Shown here piece after piece: positions 1 through 6,431 of a stretch of DNA of 29,715 bases. A program made the translations under genes and the position numbers. The notes beneath the pieces are model-generated. The model saw only the letters and a program-made list of their open reading frames with translations, was not told the DNA's origin and searched no databases. Each line of letters opens with the position of its first letter. The stretch's first letter is position 1. The stretch is from positions 1 to 29,715 of IMG/VR virus record IMGVR_UViG_3300031996_000011, one strand, 5' to 3'. This DNA is from a virus. Lineage: Duplodnaviria; Caudoviricetes.

Positions 1-983
1 CCTCGCTGACCTACCCGACACCTGTTAGCAACGTTGGCACGGCGTATGCGATCCCTGCTAACACTGGTACGAACTACACCAACGCACCTGCCGACAGCGC
101 AGGTGCAACGGATGCTGTTTCAGTCACGCGCGACTATGTCATCAGCATTGGCGACAGCGCTGGCGTCACTGACGCTACGCAGGCTTCCATCGCTGATATT
201 GTCACTATCGGCGACAGCGCTGGCATCACAGACTCTGTCATAGGATGGACTGAGTACCTCAAGACCGCTGGCGATTCTGCCGGAATCACGGATGCAGTCA
301 CAGCGATCCAGAGCTTTGTCGAGACTCAGGATGACGCAGCGAGCATCACTGACTCGGTCAGCGTATTCTTCCAGGGGCAGATTAGTCAGAGTCCTTCGGA
401 TATCGCCAACGGCACCGACACTGCTACCGCAGATCTGCAGCGCCTGTTTACGCAGGGCACGAACGAAGTCATCAATGCCACTGACTCGGTAACCGTTGAT
501 CAGGCTCGCGTTATGGCGGTCAGCCTTAGTGAGAGCATTGGCGCTACAGAGACTTGGGTCCTGCTAGACGAAGAGCTGTTCGCTGACAACGCTGGTATCA
601 CTGACACCACAAGCATTGTCAAGGCTGTCAATGCCGCCCTGACGGATACAGCTGGCGGCAGCGACGCTGCCAGTAGCAGCTTCCAGGGTAACGCCACGCA
701 GAACCTGTCAGACAACGCTGGCATCTCCGATTTGCTCACGCTACTGAAGGCGATCACCAAGGCCAACGCAGACACGGCGAACCTTAGCGATGCAATCGCT
801 TCGGTTCGCAGTATAATTAAGACGCTCTCCGATTCGGTGGGCGTGACAGATTCTGTCTCGGCGACGAAGAACGCACAGGCCAACTTCAAGGTGTGGACCG
901 GAAGCACTGAAGCCCCGCTCACCATTGACGGCTGGTGGAGCGGGACTTCAGTGGTGCCTATGACTTACGACCAGATGACGTAA
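1..983 (+). CDS. Virion fibre/minor structural protein with ~20-aa D-x-A-G-(I/V)-T-D repeats (5' truncated by the window edge)
   Basis: The frame of ORF 513..983 is open from base 3 (SLTYPTPVSNVGTAY...). It has about 13 repeats (DSAGATD, DSAGVTD, DSAGITD, DNAGITD, DSVGVTD...) spaced ~20 aa, and a C-terminal FKVWTGS..GWWSG motif reminiscent of phage fibre ends. Confidence 0.7.
   Translation, partial: SLTYPTPVSNVGTAYAIPANTGTNYTNAPADSAGATDAVSVTRDYVISIGDSAGVTDATQASIADIVTIGDSAGITDSVIGWTEYLKTAGDSAGITDAVTAIQSFVETQDDAASITDSVSVFFQGQISQSPSDIANGTDTATADLQRLFTQGTNEVINATDSVTVDQARVMAVSLSESIGATETWVLLDEELFADNAGITDTTSIVKAVNAALTDTAGGSDAASSSFQGNATQNLSDNAGISDLLTLLKAITKANADTANLSDAIASVRSIIKTLSDSVGVTDSVSATKNAQANFKVWTGSTEAPLTIDGWWSGTSVVPMTYDQMT
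150..224 (+). repeat. Intragenic 60-bp-period repeat (GGCGACAGCGCTGGC at 150-164 and 210-224)
   Basis: Exact 15-bp direct repeat 60 bp apart, matching the 20-aa protein repeat. Confidence 0.8.
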
Positions 984-1515
984 GTGGAGCGTCGGGTATG
1001 TTCTTCCAAGTTCTACGGTGGATGACATGCCAGATTGTTCCTTCGGAGACGCCAAATCTTTCAGCGAGTGATAGATGAGTCTCTAGACCCAAAGGATACG
1101 CCCATCGAATGTACCTTACTTTGTCCTCGTCAAGCTTCGATGCGCCGAACCTGCGTGAGTGGTGTCCATTGTTGGACTTGTGCTCAGAGGGCTGAACTTC
1201 TTCGACAGGAGGAGACTCTGGTGCGACGTGCTTCCCAGTGGCTTCTTCCCAGTAGTCTGGGTGAACGACGAGCCCCTTCTTTTTGAAGGCAACTAGACCG
1301 CTGGCAATCAAGAGATCGACAGAACTGTAGATTTCATCGTGCTTACTGACGGGACCTTCGAAGAACATCACTCGTGCAAGTTCATAGAGCGATATCACCT
1401 TGTTTTTGGCGATATAGTCGAATGTGAACTCAGACAACTCCACCATGTAAGATGGAGCATACTTCATCGCCGACTCGAAGGCAACTTCCTTCTTCTGCTG
1501 CTTGGTCATAGCCAT
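958..1515 (-). CDS. HTH DNA-binding protein
   Basis: C-terminal ASKLDEDKVRYIR...SLAERFGVSEGTIWHVIHRRTWK is the HTH type often found after HNH domains. The N-terminal part looks winged-helix-like. GAAAGG lies upstream. Confidence 0.7.
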   Translation of the reverse strand: MAMTKQQKKEVAFESAMKYAPSYMVELSEFTFDYIAKNKVISLYELARVMFFEGPVSKHDEIYSSVDLLIASGLVAFKKKGLVVHPDYWEEATGKHVAPESPPVEEVQPSEHKSNNGHHSRRFGASKLDEDKVRYIRWAYPLGLETHLSLAERFGVSEGTIWHVIHRRTWKNIPDAPLTSSGRKS

Positions 1516-1541
1516 TGCATTCTGGCCTTTCAGGTGTGATG

Positions 1542-3410
1542 TTATGTGACTCTGCGCAAGCGCTTTGCGCTTGGCGTGCGACCAATGTCGCCAACAGCCC
1601 GCTTCCTCGGCGGTTCGTATTCGAGGATCTGTAGGGCGAGTAGATCGTCGAGGGCTCGACGAAAGAGCGTATTGTCGATTCGACTACTCTTCAGAGCGTT
1701 CTGAACTACCGCCACGGTGGGCGGCTGTCCGCTCTTCTTCGTAAGTCTATCAACCTGATATTCAATCTTCTGAGCTACGATCTGCAGATCGCTTGTGCCG
1801 ATCTGCGTTTCGGGAATACCGTAGGCAGCCTTCAGATACGGATACACCTTGATTGCACAGTCAACCGAATCAGTAGATACGATCTTCTCCCGACTGTTGA
1901 CCGCGAACAGCAGGATGAGCTTCTTTATCGTCAGATCAACGCGAGATAGAATGTCGCCGTGCTGCCCCTTCTGGTCCCGGTCAACGACCTTCATCAAGAA
2001 ATCGTCGTGACGCTCCATCGCTTCGTCGGACCAGTCCATGAGATTACTACCGGTGGAACCTGAGAAGCCAGCTGCGTCCCCGCGAATCTTCTGGAGCGGA
2101 GCGATGGTAGCGGAAAGGTCGATATACCTGCTGCCACTTCGGGCTGCTGCAACACCACGCCTAGCCTTTTCGATACCCGGCGCAAAGATGATACGGTTTA
2201 CCCAGCCAGCTGATTCGTCACTCCTGGTAAGCAGTCCCCTGAGTGCCTTCGGCTGGGAGGTGGTGAGCATTGACCCAAAGGCGTTACGAGCAATAATGCG
2301 CCCGCCGGAACTCCTGGCAGACGCACCAATCTTCTCATCCCCGTCGAAGATCTCCATGAGAATGTCGCGGAGGGTGTTGCCTGTCCGGTTGGTGCGATTG
2401 GAGATTGCACTGAGCTCGTTGTAGTAGATGCAGCCGGTGACAGGATACTCGACCATCTTCTTGCCAAACGGGTCTGCGAGATCCTTCTCCTTGCGAATGA
2501 ACTCGTCAACCAGTGACTCGCCAGAGCCTGCTGATGGAATGTAGCGAGCCCCCTTGCTGGCCGGGTTCGACTCGTCATAGGGAATAGCGAGGTCGATCAA
2601 GCGCTTCAAGTGACGGCTAGCTCGCGACTTTCCAGAACCTGACCGTCCAAGAAGACAGACGAACAGATTGCCCAGCACCGGCTCATCGTCATCGAGCTGA
2701 ATATCCCTGCCGATAGCCAGACCAAGCGCAATCATTCCGCACCAGAAGTGGTACTCCTCTGGTAGATTGTCCTTGCTGCAGGCCTCTAGATAGGCTCGGA
2801 GGAAAGTGTCTTCAGGAACGATATTGCGCCAGCCGAGCTCAAGCTGGAAATTGTCAGGGTCATCTTCGTCATCGTCGTCGCCTTCGATGCTGTGCAACTG
2901 GACAACATTTGAGGACTCTTCGCCTTCTTCCGGAAGTGTGACAACCTTCTCACCACCAGCGATTCGAGTAATCTGCACGCCGAGGCTGAGCGCCATTTCT
3001 TCGCGCAGCTTCGGGAAGGATGCCCCCTCCTTGTAGCCCGGAACAGGATAACCGAAATGGTAGGCAGCAATGTCGAACTTGTCGCCACCCTCACTGCAGC
3101 GGCCACAGTACCATACCTGTTCGTCAGTGTTGATCCATGCACTGGGATCTTTGTCTGCATGGCCGGGAATCGGACAGCTAACCTTGATTCCCTCCTTCAT
3201 GCCCTTCGGGTCAGGGTTAGACTTCCCGCACCATCGGCGATAAGCTTCGAGAATGTCTACGCCGTCGAGTGCGTGGTCGATAGCGAGGTCCGATTCGCTG
3301 CGTTCGCGAGTCTGTTCTGGCACCAGATCAGCGTCGAATACTTCGACCTTCTCTGCCTCTGCAGCTTCCTTAGCCTTCTTCTCAGCTAGCCGCTCCTCAA
3401 GCTTGCCCAT
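1542..3410 (-). CDS. Replicative helicase-like P-loop NTPase (DUF3987-like) with N-terminal CHC2 primase-type zinc finger
   Basis: CPIPGH..D.DPS...WYCGRC..GGD is a CHC2 Zn finger. It is followed by an acidic linker, NLFVCLLGRSGSGKS (Walker A), SAGSGESL, and GWVNRIIF (arginine-finger-like). The start overlaps the primase stop. Confidence 0.8.
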   Translation of the reverse strand: MGKLEERLAEKKAKEAAEAEKVEVFDADLVPEQTRERSESDLAIDHALDGVDILEAYRRWCGKSNPDPKGMKEGIKVSCPIPGHADKDPSAWINTDEQVWYCGRCSEGGDKFDIAAYHFGYPVPGYKEGASFPKLREEMALSLGVQITRIAGGEKVVTLPEEGEESSNVVQLHSIEGDDDDEDDPDNFQLELGWRNIVPEDTFLRAYLEACSKDNLPEEYHFWCGMIALGLAIGRDIQLDDDEPVLGNLFVCLLGRSGSGKSRASRHLKRLIDLAIPYDESNPASKGARYIPSAGSGESLVDEFIRKEKDLADPFGKKMVEYPVTGCIYYNELSAISNRTNRTGNTLRDILMEIFDGDEKIGASARSSGGRIIARNAFGSMLTTSQPKALRGLLTRSDESAGWVNRIIFAPGIEKARRGVAAARSGSRYIDLSATIAPLQKIRGDAAGFSGSTGSNLMDWSDEAMERHDDFLMKVVDRDQKGQHGDILSRVDLTIKKLILLFAVNSREKIVSTDSVDCAIKVYPYLKAAYGIPETQIGTSDLQIVAQKIEYQVDRLTKKSGQPPTVAVVQNALKSSRIDNTLFRRALDDLLALQILEYEPPRKRAVGDIGRTPSAKRLRRVT

Positions 3411-4189
3411 CAGTTGTCACCCCACGGGTTAGTCGTCGTCAGGGCCCAGACAGGATCTGCAGGCTTCATGACAGACATTGGTGAACGCAGGTCGATGAAG
3501 AACGTCTTGTCCTGCGATTTTATGTTCCTCCCCAGCGGGAGGCGGAGCAGATTGCCTAGCTTCTTGCCTTCAAGACTGTCCTGCTTTGGGAACAGTTCGA
3601 TAGAAAGGTTGGGGTATCCAGTGATAGGATCAGAGTCATCCCACTTGTAAAAGTTGTCGCCACGGCTCGGCTTGAGATGGCCGATAGCTGGAATGACGAT
3701 CTCTTGGGCTGCGTATCGCACGTCCTCCGCAGGCATAAGGCCAGTGAAGCCGTAGACGTGAACACCCTTTGCGCCAGAGTAGGCAGTGGCGCAGGGGATC
3801 TCGCACTCTTCCCAGATAGCCTTCATGAGCATCGAGGCCATCATTTTGAGCTGGTAAGTCTGCCACTTCTGGCTCGGATGGGAGCGGTCACGCCAGTCAT
3901 AGCGCGGATTGAACTCGCGAATATTCAGATCATCGTCAGGGTAATAGCCCTGGAACTCGTTTGGCTTGTTTTTCTCTAGGTCAATGTCAAAGGCGAAGAA
4001 CTTGCATTGGTCGCTCGCATTGAGTAGATAGTGCCCGTATACTTTCTCACCGGCAAGGTGAGCATTCAGGTCGGCTCTCGTCCACGGTTCTTCTACCGGA
4101 CTGTACCAACCGCCGGGGTGCGCCAACGCCTTTACATCAGTGCGCGCGATAAACTTTGACGCAAACAGGTTTGCCAGAGTGTCTGACAA
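3410..4189 (-). CDS. Archaeo-eukaryotic primase (AEP), TOTE-primase-like
   Basis: Motifs HL.G....GHY, FFAFDID (motif I), YSGAKGVHVY (motif II), IELFPKQD and GNLLRLPLG. TTG start with GAGGGGG SD upstream. Confidence 0.85.
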   Translation of the reverse strand: MSDTLANLFASKFIARTDVKALAHPGGWYSPVEEPWTRADLNAHLAGEKVYGHYLLNASDQCKFFAFDIDLEKNKPNEFQGYYPDDDLNIREFNPRYDWRDRSHPSQKWQTYQLKMMASMLMKAIWEECEIPCATAYSGAKGVHVYGFTGLMPAEDVRYAAQEIVIPAIGHLKPSRGDNFYKWDDSDPITGYPNLSIELFPKQDSLEGKKLGNLLRLPLGRNIKSQDKTFFIDLRSPMSVMKPADPVWALTTTNPWGDN

Positions 4190-4319
4190 GGAGGTCCCCC
4201 TCAGTTAGAAAAGTGAGTGTTATGCAGTTGTTAGATTGCCGCTCCCGCTGGTCGCAAAGGGGAGAAGGCTGAAACCAGTTATACTTGCTTTGATGGTGTC
4301 GTCTACCACCGGAGCGGCC

Positions 4320-4348
4320 ACCATACCGCCCGGTCGGGCCGGGGTCCA
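4320..4348 (-). promoter_or_regulatory. Putative sigma70/SigA-type promoter for the primase-helicase operon
   Basis: Minus strand TGGACC (4348-4343) - N17 - TATGGT (4325-4320). It predicts a leader of ~125 nt. Confidence 0.5.
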
Positions 4349-4357
4349 GCACGGGTT

Positions 4358-4372
4358 CCCTAGCGTCTAGGG
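4358..4372. promoter_or_regulatory. Palindromic operator-like site CCCTAG-cgt-CTAGGG between the divergent promoters
   Basis: Perfect 6-3-6 inverted repeat. TTCCCTAG (4356-4363) recurs at 4495-4502 inside the spacer of the downstream promoter. Confidence 0.45.
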
Positions 4373-4380
4373 CGTTCGGC

Positions 4381-4409
4381 TTGCGCGGCCCCGCGCTATC
4401 GGCTACCGT
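4381..4409 (+). promoter_or_regulatory. Putative promoter for a small RNA
   Basis: TTGCGC (4381-4386) - N17 - TACCGT (4404-4409). Predicted start ~4416. Confidence 0.5.
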
Positions 4410-4415
4410 GTCCGC

Positions 4416-4488
4416 TAGAAGAGTGAGTGAAACCAGTTAGCAGTAAGAACCGCCGCCCGCGTCGCAACGGGCGGCGGTTCTCTTGCTT
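4416..4488 (+). ncRNA. Putative ~70-nt trans-acting antisense small RNA targeting the primase leader
   Basis: Bounded by a promoter and a 14-bp hairpin. Nt 4416-4439 duplicate 4206-4219 (13/14, the mismatch forming G:U in an RNA duplex) and 4270-4281 (12/12), which lie in the oppositely transcribed leader. Confidence 0.5.
4446..4481 (+). terminator. Strong hairpin, probable intrinsic terminator
   Basis: AGAACCGCCGCCCG (4446-4459) / CGGGCGGCGGTTCT (4468-4481), perfect 14-bp stem with 8-nt loop, followed by CTTGCTT. Confidence 0.75.
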
Positions 4489-4516
4489 GCGCCATTCCCT
4501 AGTCGGAGCCTATCCT
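4487..4516 (+). promoter_or_regulatory. Putative promoter giving a leaderless mRNA for the packaging operon
   Basis: TTGCGC (4487-4492) - N18 - TATCCT (4511-4516). The GTG start at 4524 is 7 nt downstream and has no properly spaced SD. Confidence 0.55.
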
Positions 4517-4523
4517 TCCCGGC

Positions 4524-5891
4524 GTGGGCACTCAGGTCTGGTTCAGAAACGTGGACAACTACATTCGAGAGCTAGTCGAGTGTGGTGAATACCATATTGC
4601 CTGGGATCGAGGTCTACTCGTCAAGAAGAAGATCGACCCGGCGAAGCACGCTGAACTTTACTTTGGCAAGAGCTACCCGTACCGCGTTCTCGTTGTCGGT
4701 GATCAGGGTACTGCCGAACTGCGCCCCGGCGACACAATGGAAAGCCCGTCCGCAGTCTATCCTACCTTCTGCTATGGCGAGCCACCGGCACTCCTAGAAG
4801 AGATGCTGGCGCAGCCTGCTGGTCAGAACCCAGAGTGGTGCGCTGACAAATCACTTCCTCCCGATCAGCGCCCCGTACTCGGACAGGAGCACAGGGTAGT
4901 CATCACGGAGCTACCCAACGCCACCACTGGACCGGGTCGAAAGTTCTTTCGCTACGTCAAGGAACTGCAGGAAGAGTTCCCGCAGGCGATCATTCACGTT
5001 CATGGACTGTACGGCTACAAGGTAGCATTCGGCATGGGCTTCGCCTCTGCAGATATAGAGCCTCGTTCTGCAGCACAGAAGGGGAAGGTTCACCTCCCGT
5101 CTGGGGCTGAGGTGAAATACGAGCGCGCGCAGGCGAATCCTAAGTGGATCACAGTCATGGGCTTCAAGCCGGTCGATCTCGAAGTGCCTCGTAACAGATG
5201 CATGTATAACATCAAGAGCGCGAAGTGGGCTGGCGAAAACTACGACGCGTTGTTTAACTTTAGAGTCAGGGGCAACGGCGGCCCAGTGGATCACGAAAGT
5301 TCTGATGTAGACTTTAAGCCGCCGACTACCAAGAGTCCTTTCAGCACCAGCGGCGAAAAGGCTCGAGCGGGCGACAAGTTCCAGTGCAATACTTGTAGCC
5401 TTCAGAACGATTGTAAGCACTTCCGAGATGGGGCGGTGTGTACGTTGCCTGGAGCAGAACCTACTGAGCTAGCACGATACTTCAAGAGCCGAGACTCCGG
5501 TATGATTATCGACGGACTTGGCACTCTCCTGGCGGCGAATACTCGCCGGCTGGAGAGTGGCCTCCGCGAAGAGGAGACGTTCGGCGAGCGTGACCCTGAG
5601 GTCACCAAGATGATGGGTCAGGTCTTCGAGCAGGGCATCAAGCTCGCTAAGCTAGTTGATCCGGCTCTTCGCGTAGGTCCGCAGGTGCAGGTCAATGTGG
5701 GTGCGCAAGCTCAGGTGGCCGGGGCCAATCCTCAGCAGCTTGTCGCCGCTGCGTTCCGAGCACTTGAGGCACAGGGCTTCGCGCGGGATGAGATCACGCC
5801 CGCGATGGTGCAAGACCTTCTTGTCTCGATGAGCAACCCCCAGAAGTCTCTACCGGAGGCGGTTCAGGGTACTGTCATTTCAGAGGCATGA
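4524..5891 (+). CDS. Degenerate TGT/DpdA-like fold + Cys4 cluster + helical terminase-small-subunit-like C-terminus (hypothetical fusion)
   Basis: IAWDRG and IHVHGL...FASAD resemble TGT-fold DSG and HxxG...SxD motifs. It carries CNTC-x5-C-x8-C and a helical region ending PQVQVNVG. It is the first gene of the terL operon. Confidence 0.45.
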   Translation: MGTQVWFRNVDNYIRELVECGEYHIAWDRGLLVKKKIDPAKHAELYFGKSYPYRVLVVGDQGTAELRPGDTMESPSAVYPTFCYGEPPALLEEMLAQPAGQNPEWCADKSLPPDQRPVLGQEHRVVITELPNATTGPGRKFFRYVKELQEEFPQAIIHVHGLYGYKVAFGMGFASADIEPRSAAQKGKVHLPSGAEVKYERAQANPKWITVMGFKPVDLEVPRNRCMYNIKSAKWAGENYDALFNFRVRGNGGPVDHESSDVDFKPPTTKSPFSTSGEKARAGDKFQCNTCSLQNDCKHFRDGAVCTLPGAEPTELARYFKSRDSGMIIDGLGTLLAANTRRLESGLREEETFGERDPEVTKMMGQVFEQGIKLAKLVDPALRVGPQVQVNVGAQAQVAGANPQQLVAAAFRALEAQGFARDEITPAMVQDLLVSMSNPQKSLPEAVQGTVISEA

Positions 5892-6136
5892 ACATCTGGA
5901 AGCCTATCGACGCGATAGGCGAGTGGGTACTTCACAGAATTGAGGCGCGCGTCCAGCTGCGACTGGGCGTATGCCTCACTCTGGGTTCGCTGCCGTTCTA
6001 TCCGTATCTATTCTGGTCGGGGGAGCCCCCGGTCATTTACTTCCTGTCAGTAGAGGCCGCAACACTGTCAGGACTTGGACTGATAATCGGCGCGCAAGCG
6101 TTGGTACATCTTGAAGAAGGCAATGATGAGCCTTGA
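5888..6136 (+). CDS. Small membrane protein (2 predicted TM segments)
   Basis: ATGA overlap with the upstream gene; hydrophobic stretches LGVCLTLGSLPFYPYLFW and VIYFLSVEAATLSGLGLIIGAQALV. Confidence 0.6.
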   Translation: MNIWKPIDAIGEWVLHRIEARVQLRLGVCLTLGSLPFYPYLFWSGEPPVIYFLSVEAATLSGLGLIIGAQALVHLEEGNDEP

Positions 6137-6431
6137 GCCTCACCTTACTATCGCTGGAAATCTTTGCTCTGTTCACAAGTACCACTGGCCTCCGCCAGTA
6201 CGAACCGTTAAACATCACATCCTCCCCAAGGAGCTTGGTGGACCTACTACTCCAGATAATCTTCTTCTTGTTTGTGACAACGGTCACTACTCGATTCATG
6301 CTTTCATGGATGCGCGCCTTAGAGGATTCGCCACACCAAAAGTCACCAAGAAGGAACAACACTACGCCGAGCTCGGATTAGCGAGGATGAAGAACGGGTA
6401 TGTCAACCTTCGACCCCAAGCGGATAGCTGA
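6126..6431 (+). CDS. HNH endonuclease (terminase-associated)
   Basis: HHILPKELGG....DNLLLVCDNGHYSIH is a canonical HNH motif, located directly upstream of and overlapping terL. The ATG at 6126 follows GAAGAAGG. Confidence 0.85.
   Translation: MSLEPHLTIAGNLCSVHKYHWPPPVRTVKHHILPKELGGPTTPDNLLLVCDNGHYSIHAFMDARLRGFATPKVTKKEQHYAELGLARMKNGYVNLRPQADS

Noticed and set aside
90-870. Periodic repeats as a CRISPR array or DGR
   Set aside because: They are degenerate, codon-phased and protein-coding. No cas gene, reverse transcriptase or adenine-specific TR/VR pair was seen.
513-983. 156-aa ORF as a complete gene
   Set aside because: The frame is open from the window start and the repeats continue upstream; the ATG at 513 is internal.
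3410-4189. A complete TOTE conflict/defence system
   Set aside because: Only the primase domain is present, in a replication context; no other TOTE components were seen.
4137-4352. 71-aa minus-strand ORF in the control region
   Set aside because: It starts inside the predicted promoter with no SD, overlaps the primase out of frame, and is low-information sequence.
6126-6431. HNH as a mobile homing endonuclease or intron
   Set aside because: Its small size and position next to terL fit the packaging-associated HNH class; no interrupted gene is evident.
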